Below are positions 30,789 through 40,620 of a DNA stretch of 64,000 bases, piece by piece. The DNA comes from Candidatus Borrarchaeum weybense (GTDB lineage Archaea > Asgardarchaeota > Sifarchaeia > Borrarchaeales > Borrarchaeaceae): positions 224,799 to 288,798 of the forward strand of contig JAHQJS010000005.1 of NCBI GenBank assembly GCA_019057385.1, written 5' to 3'. Below the pieces are notes generated by a model. It had not been told where the DNA came from and did not search any database. It saw only the letters and a program-made list of their open reading frames with translations. Both the position numbers and the translations under genes were made by a program. Each line of letters starts with the position of its first letter. The stretch's first letter is position 1.

Positions 30789-30868
30789 CTTTCTTCTTTT
30801 TAATGAATATTTTTATTCTCTATACTATCATTTTTCAAGAAACATTGAAAAGGTCATATTAAGAGGTA

Positions 30869-32758
30869 ATGACCATGTCCCCCTACAGGCAATTCGCAGA
30901 GGAATGCATTATACTTACACAGAAAACCCTTCAAGCTGTCTTTCCAGAACTATCAGTAACACTCAATCATGAAATTCCGGCTAAATTAGAGTTTGGAGAG
31001 TTGGCAGTTCCTGTTTTTCATATCGCAAAGAAAATAAACAAAAAACCCAAAGATCTTGCAGAAATTCTCATTGAAAATATCAACCCTTCAAATTCACGCT
31101 TCATAAAAGAAGTAGTAATAGGTGGAGCAGGCTATCTAAATTTCTTTGCAAATTATGATTCCTTTGCAAATCTCGTTATAAACTCAATAAGAACCCTGGA
31201 TACAAGTTATGGAAAAAGTGAAGCGAAGAAAAAGGAAAAAATTATAGTAGAATACTTGAGTCCAAATCCAAATTCTCCTTTGCATATCGGTCATGCACGA
31301 AATGCAATTCTAGGCAGTTCACTAGTCAAAGTTTTGCAAACACAATCTCATGATGTTTGTTCTCACATATATATCGATGATGTTGGTCGACAGGTTGCGA
31401 TATGTGTACAAGGTCTACGGATGGTAGATAGAGACACTCAGCCTTCAGACATGAAGTCAGACCAATTTGTAGGAACAATTTACACAATAACAAATGCACT
31501 TACTGAAATTCAGAAGGCAAAAAAGGAACAAAATGACTTAGCTGAATGGGAATCAATCGCAGAAGAATTAAAAAAAGCACAGCCTAGTATTTTCGACCAG
31601 ATTAGTAATAACTCAGAAAATATCGACTTAGATGCGGAAATATCGACCCTCATATCTCTTTATGAAAATCAAGATGAACAAACTGTTCAACTTTTCAGAA
31701 GTCTTGTTGATTTAGTTCTTGGAGGATTTAAGGAGACCTTCAAAACAATTGATATAGCTTTCGAAAGCTATGATTGGGAAAGTTCGTTCATCTGGGATGG
31801 AAGTGTTACAAAGATTTTAAACGAACTAAAAATGACACCTTTTGTTACAGAACTCGATGGTGCATTAGTCTTCGATTGTGAGAAAGCTGCAACTGAATTT
31901 AATATTAAAGAGAGTTTGGGGGTTAAAGAAACTCATGAAATTCCTCCTATGACTTTAATGAGATCTGATGGCACGACTCTTTATACAACACGGGATATAG
32001 CATACAGTAAATGGAAACTTGATCAATCAGATCGCGTAATAAATGTTATAGGGAAGGAACAGACACTTCCACAACTTCAGATAAGAATAGCTTTGTATGT
32101 ATTAGGTGAAGATGGTAGCAGACAGATTCATTATGCCTATGAACTTGTTAAACTTCCAGAATTCAAAATGTCAAGTCGAAGGGGACGTTATATTGGTTTT
32201 GATGATCTAATAGATGAGGCGACAACGAGAGCTCTAGAGGAAGTTAACACCCGTTCACCGCATTTATCCGAAGATGAGAAAAGAAGTATTGCTGAAGTAG
32301 TTGGGATTGGTGCTGTAAAGTATTCTATCTTAAACGCCGTGCCGACCAAAATTGTGACATTCACATGGAATAAAGTACTCGATTTTGAGCAGAATAGCGG
32401 GCCTTTCATTCAATATGCACATGCAAGAGCATGTAATATTCTTAAAAAAGCAAAAAAAACTCCTAAAACAGCCAACTACAATTTGGTAGATGAAGAATTA
32501 GAAAAACTTCTTGTCCAAAAACTTTCACTATTTCCAGAAATTATATCGAAAGTGGCTGAGGAATTACGTCCAGACATTGTATGTGAGTACGCAAACAACC
32601 TAGCATCGATATTTAACTCATTTTATGCTTCTATACCGGTATTAGCAGCTGAAACCGATGAATTAAGGAATTTACGTTTATTAATTGTTAATAGTGTGCG
32701 AATCGTGTTAAGAAATGCCTTGAAATTGATGGGAATTGTTGCCCCATCGAGAATGTGA
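30869..32758 (+). CDS. argS: arginine--tRNA ligase
   Basis: SPNPNSPLHIGHARN, RSDGTTLYTTRDIAY, KMSSRRG, QYAHAR, C-terminal RM. Confidence 0.97.
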   Translation: MTMSPYRQFAEECIILTQKTLQAVFPELSVTLNHEIPAKLEFGELAVPVFHIAKKINKKPKDLAEILIENINPSNSRFIKEVVIGGAGYLNFFANYDSFANLVINSIRTLDTSYGKSEAKKKEKIIVEYLSPNPNSPLHIGHARNAILGSSLVKVLQTQSHDVCSHIYIDDVGRQVAICVQGLRMVDRDTQPSDMKSDQFVGTIYTITNALTEIQKAKKEQNDLAEWESIAEELKKAQPSIFDQISNNSENIDLDAEISTLISLYENQDEQTVQLFRSLVDLVLGGFKETFKTIDIAFESYDWESSFIWDGSVTKILNELKMTPFVTELDGALVFDCEKAATEFNIKESLGVKETHEIPPMTLMRSDGTTLYTTRDIAYSKWKLDQSDRVINVIGKEQTLPQLQIRIALYVLGEDGSRQIHYAYELVKLPEFKMSSRRGRYIGFDDLIDEATTRALEEVNTRSPHLSEDEKRSIAEVVGIGAVKYSILNAVPTKIVTFTWNKVLDFEQNSGPFIQYAHARACNILKKAKKTPKTANYNLVDEELEKLLVQKLSLFPEIISKVAEELRPDIVCEYANNLASIFNSFYASIPVLAAETDELRNLRLLIVNSVRIVLRNALKLMGIVAPSRM

Positions 32759-32903
32759 TATTCAAAAACAATCAGCGGGATTTTTTAGAAAAACTTGCAA
32801 ATACTTCTTATGATATTGCAATCAGAACGATTTTGTAAAAAGATAATTTAAACCGCCACCTTTTAACTGATAATAAATTTCTGAGGAAATCTGGAGTCAT
32901 AGC

Positions 32904-33431
32904 ATGAACCAAGAAAGAATTCACATTTTACGAAAGGGTATAAAGAAGACAGGTCCAGTTGTTTATTGGATGTGCCGAGACCAACGTGTAAATGATAACT
33001 GGGCGCTATTATTCTCTCAAGAGTTAGCATTAAAACACCCCTTGGCAGTTGTTTTTTGCTTAGTGCCTCAATTTCTAGGAACGACTATTAGGCAGGATGA
33101 TTTCATGCTTAAAGGTCTGCAAGAAGTAGAGAAAAACTTGAAAGAAAAAAATATCCCCTTTTACATGCTTACAGGGTCTCCAGAAGAAGAAATCCCCAAT
33201 TTTGTGTCAGAATATGAAATCGGCACGCTGATCACAGATTTTAGTCCCCTGCGCATTAAAAAAACGTGGAACAGAAGTGTTAAAGGTCATATTGATATCC
33301 CTTTTTTCGAAGTTTACGTTCATAATATTGTACCTTGCTGGATTGCATCGCCAAAACAGGAATATGCGGCTTACACTTTCCGACCAAAAATTCATCGTGC
33401 ACTAAAATTAATATTAACAATAGATAAATAG
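32904..33431 (+). pseudogene. phr: truncated class II CPD photolyase (N-terminal domain only)
   Basis: VVYWM.RDQRV.DNWAL, TDFSPLR and [22 protein letters not shown], then a stop at 175 aa; no FAD-binding domain follows. Confidence 0.85.
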
Positions 33432-33468
33432 CAGCGCTTAGTTATTTAAGCAAGAGGGAGACCCTTGT

Positions 33469-33523
33469 AAAAGTGAAGCAATTCATCGCAAACTATCCCT
33501 CATGTGTTGGGGGTCTTCTTGCG
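33469..33523 (-). mobile_element. IS200/IS605 left-end relic
   Basis: Minus strand cgcaagaagaccccc...gatgaattgcttcacttt matches the tnpB element left end cgcaagaagacccct...gatgaattgcggtttcacttt. Confidence 0.7.
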
Positions 33524-33728
33524 AATGGATTATAAACATCCTCACTCTATTACTCATACGCGTTAACAATTTTCTTATTAATAAACATCAATATTTAATA
33601 CCACCTTACTATTATTCGTGCTTATATTGAAAAACCCCATAAGAGTTTGAGAGTTGATCCAAAACGTTTTTCATTTGATTAAGGGTGCGGTATCACCTTA
33701 GCAACCATACACTGATGTTGGTGACCAA

Positions 33729-34505
33729 ATGGGTGAGCAATCGGCAAAAATCCACTATACAGCATTTGTTGATAAGAAGGTAAAATACGATGATGAAGTA
33801 ACCATTGGTCCTTTTTGTGTTCTCATAGGCAAAATCAAGTTAAACAAAAAGGTTCGCCTATGTCAGAATGTTGTGATTTATGAAAAAACCGAAATTGGAG
33901 ATGCCACTTATATTGGCGATAACGTCGTCATCGGTCATCCTGACGTAGCACAGCTAGATTTGATTATGAGATCAAGTGAAGTTTTCCATCGTGTTATGGG
34001 GGAAAAAGTTCAGATCGGAAAAAACGTCATAATCCGTTCTGGGGTTGTTATTTACTGCAGTGTGAAGATCGGAGATTATACTAAATTGGGTCATAACGTA
34101 ATGCTTAGAGAAGAAACAGAAGTAGGTGAACATAGCCTAATCGGGACAGGGACAATTGTTGATGGAAACGTAAAAATTGGAAATCGTGTTTCCATACAAA
34201 GTGGCGTGTATATCCCTACATACACCACTATTGAAGATAATGTATTCTTAGGACCTCGTTGTACGCTTACCAATGATAAATACGTCATGAGAAAGGAATA
34301 TGATCTAACGGGGCCTACTATTGAAGCAGGTTCGAGTATAGGCGCCAACGCTACAATTCTCCCTGGGATCAGGGTAGGTAAAGGAGCTATTGTTGGTGCT
34401 GGTGCTGTTGTTACAAAAGATGTACCGCCAAGGACGATTGTGACGGGTGTTCCTGCTAAGACATTCAAAGAAGTTCCTGATGACTTCAAAATTCCAAAGG
34501 AATAG
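33729..34505 (+). CDS. hexapeptide-repeat sugar N-acetyltransferase (WbpD-like)
   Basis: Left-handed beta-helix repeats, FLGP...[13 protein letters not shown] and [12 protein letters not shown]. Confidence 0.88.
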   Translation: MGEQSAKIHYTAFVDKKVKYDDEVTIGPFCVLIGKIKLNKKVRLCQNVVIYEKTEIGDATYIGDNVVIGHPDVAQLDLIMRSSEVFHRVMGEKVQIGKNVIIRSGVVIYCSVKIGDYTKLGHNVMLREETEVGEHSLIGTGTIVDGNVKIGNRVSIQSGVYIPTYTTIEDNVFLGPRCTLTNDKYVMRKEYDLTGPTIEAGSSIGANATILPGIRVGKGAIVGAGAVVTKDVPPRTIVTGVPAKTFKEVPDDFKIPKE

Positions 34506-34629
34506 TTTTGCTACAGCGTTTTTTATAAATCAGATGATGTTAGTGTTATTTCATTATGTTACGAAATGTTTTTAATTACAAAACTGAGAACTAATCCACT
34601 AATTAAACCTAAAGCGGACGTGTAAATGG

Positions 34630-36417
34630 GTGAGACTGAGAAGAATTCTCATTATGTTTATCTTAGTGACTTTCGTTTTTTCAATCATCTGCACTCTTCC
34701 ATCAACGGCATCTCCCGTAACAAAAGAGGTTTCTATTGCCGCCAGCGAAGATTTAATCAATAAAAATGTTGAGCGGGAAGTCACAATCACACAATATGGT
34801 TTAATTGTTATAAAGGATAATTATACGATAGAGGCAAAGAAGGCAATCAACGGGAGTGAAATAGTCTTTTTAAATGAAGATTCTAATAATATATTCCATT
34901 TATCAGCTTATGATGCAAACCGCACAGCTTTAGCTATGGGAAATAGGACAACCGAAGGAAATTTCATTTATCAGCCCCTCATCTATACTAAATCTGTTGA
35001 ATCATCCGAGTCATATTCTTTTGTAGTTGTAACTGCGCTCGCTAATTCGATTAAGCCAGACAAAATAGGAAGTACTACTACGACCCAGTATCTCCAAGCT
35101 ACATTTCGTCTTTACCCTATGTCCCCCTATTTTACAGAAGATGCAACGGTAAATGTCAAGTTTTTCGATGGTATTAATGTGCCTGGTACTCTCGAATTTA
35201 ATCCAATGCCTGACGAAATTACAGGTGGTAAACTCATTTATTCAAAGCAAGACATAAAGGAACTTGCATTAAGTGAACTATTCTTTGTGAGGTACCAAAG
35301 CAACAATCCACTATTAAGATTCATTACTGCTCAAAGAGAATTAGAAATCGATCCGTGGGGCTATATCTATGTAAGAGAGGCACAAACTCTAAAAAATATT
35401 GGTTTAAATCAAACGAATGTAGAGGCTATCAAAATCTCACTCCCACCAGGTGCTGATCAGATTCGTGCTCACGATTCTGTAGGTAACCTTTCAATCAGTA
35501 CAATTGAATCTGTAGATCTTGAAAAGCCTGTAAACATCACATTAAACCTGAGATATCGTGTAGGTGGAGGAGGCGAGGAATATTCATACTGGTTAAATTA
35601 TCGCGTCGGTCTTGAGAATTACACCCAAATTGAGAATGGAAGGTACGTCCTCAAAACATGGAGTTATTCAGCTAGTGATATTCCTGTGGATTCCTTAAAG
35701 TTAACAGTTATTCTTCCACAAGGCAGTTCCTTTAAAACAGCTCGACCTTATAATATTAATTCAACCTATCAAACTAACGGTAAAACAGCATATGTTTTAC
35801 AAGCCAGCGGGCAAAACGCTGCGATCGCATTCGGATATATATGTGTCGAGTATACTTTCCCTGAGATATTCATGTATTCACGCGGTTTTCTTCTCTCTTT
35901 TATTGTAGGAATTATTGCTTTGCTTTATGTAGTAAGTAGTAGGTATATACGACCTTTTCTATTGCCAAGTACCCGGCTTGAAGTGCTCCCTGCACCTGCG
36001 ATACCTATTGTAAAGACATTCTGTAGTCTTTACGACGAAAAAACGGCACTTCAATTGGAACTAAGACAGATAGCCAACGATTTAAAGCGAAAGAAGATCA
36101 AAAAATTCGATTATGCCAAACGTAAGAAACTCTATGAAGATAAACTTAAAGAAATTACACAGAAATTACTTAACTCGAAACGTGAAATGATCAATCTTGG
36201 CGGACGATATGCTGATGCTGTCAATAAAATCGAAATAAAAGAAACTGAGATAGATTCAGTGCGCGAAAACACTAAGCGTTTAATTGAACGCTATAGAAGC
36301 AAGAAAATCACACGTACTACTTATGAACGCCTTAGAAAGGATTATGCACGCGATTTACAAAAGTCAATGCGAGAAATAGACCGAATAATTCTAGAATTGC
36401 GTGAAGAGATACGATAG
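34630..36417 (+). CDS. ribophorin I (OST1/RPN1)-like membrane protein
   Basis: Signal peptide, two repeats (R.V.I..YG; RELEIDPWG.I.VRE...N.G; D.VGNL; V.LP.G), TM helix, cytoplasmic helical tail. Confidence 0.7.
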   Translation: MRLRRILIMFILVTFVFSIICTLPSTASPVTKEVSIAASEDLINKNVEREVTITQYGLIVIKDNYTIEAKKAINGSEIVFLNEDSNNIFHLSAYDANRTALAMGNRTTEGNFIYQPLIYTKSVESSESYSFVVVTALANSIKPDKIGSTTTTQYLQATFRLYPMSPYFTEDATVNVKFFDGINVPGTLEFNPMPDEITGGKLIYSKQDIKELALSELFFVRYQSNNPLLRFITAQRELEIDPWGYIYVREAQTLKNIGLNQTNVEAIKISLPPGADQIRAHDSVGNLSISTIESVDLEKPVNITLNLRYRVGGGGEEYSYWLNYRVGLENYTQIENGRYVLKTWSYSASDIPVDSLKLTVILPQGSSFKTARPYNINSTYQTNGKTAYVLQASGQNAAIAFGYICVEYTFPEIFMYSRGFLLSFIVGIIALLYVVSSRYIRPFLLPSTRLEVLPAPAIPIVKTFCSLYDEKTALQLELRQIANDLKRKKIKKFDYAKRKKLYEDKLKEITQKLLNSKREMINLGGRYADAVNKIEIKETEIDSVRENTKRLIERYRSKKITRTTYERLRKDYARDLQKSMREIDRIILELREEIR

Positions 36418-36507
36418 GTTCGCGAACTTACTTCTTATGTACCTAAACTCATTTCAACTAGACGAGATGCGCATATATCTTCTTAGACACATTCGCGCCA
36501 TTTCAGA

Positions 36508-37389
36508 TCATTCATTTATTTTCTTGATTGAATCTAGGTAAAGTTTTTGCATTGTACGGAGATTTTTTAGATCGGCATCGATCCCTAGATCGTTCCTGGG
36601 GGTTTCTAAGATAAAAGGAAGTCCTTTTAGAACAGGATTACCTAAGATGGCTTTAAAACCCTTTATTCCGATATGACCTTCACCTATATGTTCATGTCGA
36701 TCACGATGGGATCCTTTCTTATATTTCGCATCGTTGGCATGAATCAGTTTCAAACGACCTGGGCCTATTGTATCTAAAATTTCAAGAACGAGTTTGTCAA
36801 CTTCCTTAGATTCTCTTAATTCGTAACCTGAAACAAAAGCATGACAGGTATCAAAACATAAACCAATCATCTGACTTGTCGGATTGTTTAAAGATTCGAT
36901 AATCCTTCTTAATTCATTAAAATTGTTACCCATGCTTGATTTGCTGCTGCCTGTGTTTTCCAGTAGAAGTTTTGTTCTACTCTTACTTTGTTCATACGCA
37001 TCTTCAATTGCGTTGCAGATTTGTCGGAGGCCAATCTCAAACCCTTTTCCTTTATGACTGCCACAATGTGTTACAAGATAGGGAATATTAAGAACGTCAC
37101 AACGCTTAAGCTCCTCTATTAAAACTTGAACTGATTTTTGATATATTTCATCTTCTGGGCTGCTTATATTGGGTAAATATGGCATGTGAGCAAACACAAG
37201 ACCAATGTTAGCGTCTTTGCATTTTTTAATAAAGGCTTGTGTAACTTTAGTATCTAATTCTTTGAAGATCCATGACCGAGGATTGCGAGTGAAAATCTGG
37301 AAAGTCGTACAACCTATCTTTAAAGCGCGATCAACCGACTTATCAATACCACCCGCAATGCTTACATGGAATCCTATTTTGAAAGACAT
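36508..37389 (-). CDS. nfo: endonuclease IV
   Basis: GFHVSIAGG, QIFTRNPR, HMPYL.N, DTCH, HAND, DRHEHIG and ILETP motifs. Confidence 0.95.
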   Translation of the reverse strand: MSFKIGFHVSIAGGIDKSVDRALKIGCTTFQIFTRNPRSWIFKELDTKVTQAFIKKCKDANIGLVFAHMPYLPNISSPEDEIYQKSVQVLIEELKRCDVLNIPYLVTHCGSHKGKGFEIGLRQICNAIEDAYEQSKSRTKLLLENTGSSKSSMGNNFNELRRIIESLNNPTSQMIGLCFDTCHAFVSGYELRESKEVDKLVLEILDTIGPGRLKLIHANDAKYKKGSHRDRHEHIGEGHIGIKGFKAILGNPVLKGLPFILETPRNDLGIDADLKNLRTMQKLYLDSIKKINE

Positions 37390-37528
37390 TATTATAACAT
37401 CAAACTTCCATTCTCTTATTTTTTCGCTTCTAAAAAAGTTAATTTAAGATCAAACAATGACCTTTCACAACATTTTTAAATAACTGTAAAAGAAGAAAAA
37501 TCTTACACTGCCTTTTTATGATACGAAT

Positions 37529-37667
37529 AGCCCGGTGGTGTAGCGATGTGGATGATTTTTATCCCATTGCAAATTGGCCAAGCATAGTGGGCTTTGGACT
37601 CGCTGAGAATTATCTAACCTTATTACGATAATTCGCGGAAACCCCAGTTCGAATCTGGGCCGGGCTA
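37529..37667 (+). tRNA. tRNA-Gln(UUG) with two introns (16/17: 37545-37573; 45/46: 37606-37640)
   Basis: AGCCCGG/CCGGGCT acceptor, GTGGG-CTTTGGA-CTCGC arm; both inserts are hairpins bounded by a 4-bp helix and 3-nt bulges. Confidence 0.88.
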
Positions 37668-37784
37668 TCACTTTTTCAAGCAATGTAAAACCATATGAAT
37701 AAATTAAAAAAAAGTTATCTAAATCACAATAGAAATCCGCATCTCAGAAAGGCTACACTTATTATATGAGTGACACGAAACGCT

Positions 37785-38054
37785 CTAAATATGGAAGGGC
37801 TTTCCTTTTTCAAGCGTTTCCCCTGGAATTTTGTCCTTAAATTTCTTCATAAATTCAAGATCGTCTTTTTCCTCGCGTAAATCGTCTGGAAGCATGTGAG
37901 GAATAGTTTCAATTATAGGGTACCATCTACTGCAATTGGAACAAATAAGAACTCCCTTTTCAATTTCATCATTTTCTTCGAATACATGCAAATCAAGTGG
38001 ATGATGTTTGCATATCGGACAGGCGAGGATCTCCATAAGTTTTCTTCTCATCAT
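37785..38054 (-). CDS. Trm112 family protein
   Basis: LMEILACPICK..PL...G.L.C..C.RWYPI...IP.ML. Confidence 0.9.
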   Translation of the reverse strand: MMRRKLMEILACPICKHHPLDLHVFEENDEIEKGVLICSNCSRWYPIIETIPHMLPDDLREEKDDLEFMKKFKDKIPGETLEKGKPFHI

Positions 38055-38155
38055 AGAACCTCCTAATACTTTCAAGAATAGTCTACTGAAATCCTTTAAA
38101 AATTATGCGTGCGTGTAATTATTAATTAGGAATAACAAATTTGTGTGGTAGCTCA

Positions 38156-39247
38156 ATGAATTTATCAGTTTGGGTCGACTATCTTACGCCAAAACAAGTA
38201 TTATTTTTCAGAAGCATTACTGAAAAACTCGAAAAAGATGGTTTCGAAATAATAAGAACAACGCGTGAGTATAGCGAAGTTATTCGAATGCTTGAATTAA
38301 CTGGCACTGAGGCAAGAATTATAGGACGACATGGAGGTCGTTCTCTAAAAGGGAAACTTATTGCAAGTGCGGAACGCATTATTGAATTGGCTAAATACAT
38401 TTCAACTAAAAAAATTGCATGTGCATTAGGTTTTGGCTCACCTGAATTGTCTCGTGTGGCTTTAGGTCTGGCAATCCCTCATTTTACGGTGAATGACTCA
38501 CCTCATTCTATTGCAGTAGCACGGCTTACAAGTCCACCTTTATCAGAACGATTGTTTACTCCAGAACAAATTCCAATAAGTGCATGGTTAAAAATAGGTG
38601 TACCACAGGATCAAATAACTCAATACAATGGACTTGATCCAATTGCATGGTTAAAAGGATTTACGCCCAATAATCATATTATTGAAGAATTAGGCCTCAA
38701 CCAAGATCTACCCATTATAGTCGCTAGAACCGAAGAAAAAAAGGCCTCGTATTTGCTTGATTTAGATCCCCGCCAAATCTCAATAATTGTCCCAATTATA
38801 AAGAAGATTTCTCAGGAATATCCTGGCTATCAGATTGTAGTAATTCCTCGTTATGACAAGCAATATTTAGAATTAAGAAAAACATTAGACGAAGAAATTA
38901 AAATTTTAGATAAAGCAATAGATGGTGCCAGTTTACTTGCATTTTCATCACTTTTTATTGGCGCTGGAGGTACAATGAATGCTGAAGCAGCACTTTTAGG
39001 TGTTCCAACGATATCTTGCTATCCAAAAGAGACTACTTATGTTGAACAGTATTTGATAAATGAGGGCGCTATTTACAGGGCAAAAAATGAGAATAAGGTT
39101 ATGGAAAAAACAAAAGAGATTTTGTCTAGGCCTGAAGAGTTTAAGGAGCAACATAAATTGGTTGCAGAGCGCCTTTCAAATACTATGGACGATCCTGCTG
39201 AGGTAATTGTGGAGTATCTTGAGAAATTTCTTACTAAAAAGTCTTAG
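38156..39247 (+). CDS. DUF354 family protein (GT-B-like)
   Basis: WVD.LTPKQ..FF, IGRHGG, GAGGTMNAEAALLGVPTIS motifs. Confidence 0.88.
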   Translation: MNLSVWVDYLTPKQVLFFRSITEKLEKDGFEIIRTTREYSEVIRMLELTGTEARIIGRHGGRSLKGKLIASAERIIELAKYISTKKIACALGFGSPELSRVALGLAIPHFTVNDSPHSIAVARLTSPPLSERLFTPEQIPISAWLKIGVPQDQITQYNGLDPIAWLKGFTPNNHIIEELGLNQDLPIIVARTEEKKASYLLDLDPRQISIIVPIIKKISQEYPGYQIVVIPRYDKQYLELRKTLDEEIKILDKAIDGASLLAFSSLFIGAGGTMNAEAALLGVPTISCYPKETTYVEQYLINEGAIYRAKNENKVMEKTKEILSRPEEFKEQHKLVAERLSNTMDDPAEVIVEYLEKFLTKKS

Positions 39248-39251
39248 AGAA

Positions 39252-39530
39252 TTATCCTAATGATGTAATCTCACTTTTTTTCATTGCTGTTTTGAAATAA
39301 TTTTTTGTAATATGATTCCAGACAAAAAGCCATGTTATAAATAGCCCAATTCCAGTTGCTGCTTTAATAATTCCCGTAATGACACGACCCACATATCCTA
39401 TAATTGGAAGTTGAAGCGGAATGATATAAACTTCAAGAAAAAGAAGAATTAATATGAAACTGAACCATACTACAAAGAGAATACTACCTATTTCTAATGC
39501 GCTTCTATACTTCCATCTCATGCTTATCAA
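39252..39530 (-). CDS. small two-TM membrane protein
   Basis: 92 aa with two hydrophobic helices, directly downstream of the GPT gene. Confidence 0.55.
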   Translation of the reverse strand: MISMRWKYRSALEIGSILFVVWFSFILILLFLEVYIIPLQLPIIGYVGRVITGIIKAATGIGLFITWLFVWNHITKNYFKTAMKKSEITSLG

Positions 39531-39540
39531 TCTCCAAATG

Positions 39541-40527
39541 TCATACTGGTGTAATTACAACAGATATTACCGCTAATATTGCTGCAAATAAACTAAGAAT
39601 TGCCAAAATCTTCACTATATCAATTTCTTCAAGAGCCCCCCTTGCAAGTATTAGACGCGTTAGTGTTAGGGGCGCCTCTTTGTCAGGGTTTGCAGCAAGT
39701 TTCCCATCAGGCAAAATTGTAACAGGACGTTTATTCAATTGTGTTCTTCCTTTCAATCCACCAACGCTGGCCAAGATATGAAATGAATTCATAATATGTG
39801 GCATAAGAGCAATTATTGCTGCAATTTCTAACCTACCAATAACCGCAATGCCTCCAATTGCTGCTCCTACTGTGAAACTTCCTACATTTCCCGAAAATAC
39901 TTTTGCGGGATATTTATTGAATATCAAAAATGCAACTAATGCACCTAGTAACAATAGACAAAAAAGAATACCTGTTATGGAGTCTAGAATTATTGCGCAA
40001 ATTAAGAGAGAGGCAGATGCAATTATACATGTAATTGGCATTGAGCCGTTATATACATCCAACATATTTACAGCATTGGCGGGTACAGTGATTGCTAATA
40101 GTAATGCCCCCCAATAAATAATCGTTAATCGAGTTCTACCAATAATCGGAAGTAAAGGACGTGGCGTGACTACTTCAAATAATAATAGTGGAATAATCGC
40201 AAAAACTAAAATAACTGCCTTTTTTCCTGGTGAAAGACCTTTTAGATCATCATAAATTCCAACAAATCCTGCAATAAGGATTATACAAACAAAAGCTAAA
40301 ATTTCCTGAAAGTATTGACCTAAAATAAATAGAATAAGCAGTGAAGCCAAAATTAATCCCGCTAGGATTGCGAGTCCGCCCATTTCCGGGATTTCTGGTT
40401 TATTTGGCTTATGGATGTCGATACCGATAATTCCTTTTTTCTTTAGATACTTCAATAAAAATGGTATAATAGCAAAGGTCAGACCAAACGAAACAAAAAA
40501 GGATAAGGCAATAAATTGAGTCTGCAT
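39541..40527 (-). CDS. UDP-GlcNAc:dolichyl-phosphate GlcNAc-1-phosphate transferase (AglH/Alg7 family)
   Basis: G.DIHK...IPEMGG, GIYDD, NAVNMLD.YNG and FNKYPAKVF.GNVGS motifs. Confidence 0.9.
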   Translation of the reverse strand: MQTQFIALSFFVSFGLTFAIIPFLLKYLKKKGIIGIDIHKPNKPEIPEMGGLAILAGLILASLLILFILGQYFQEILAFVCIILIAGFVGIYDDLKGLSPGKKAVILVFAIIPLLLFEVVTPRPLLPIIGRTRLTIIYWGALLLAITVPANAVNMLDVYNGSMPITCIIASASLLICAIILDSITGILFCLLLLGALVAFLIFNKYPAKVFSGNVGSFTVGAAIGGIAVIGRLEIAAIIALMPHIMNSFHILASVGGLKGRTQLNKRPVTILPDGKLAANPDKEAPLTLTRLILARGALEEIDIVKILAILSLFAAILAVISVVITPV

Positions 40528-40620
40528 CTCTCTAGCAACCTTCCTTAAAAGTTGAACTGATCAAAAAAACATTCTACTATTTTTTAATTCTTTTCATTTA
40601 ACTTACAGAAAAAGAATGTT

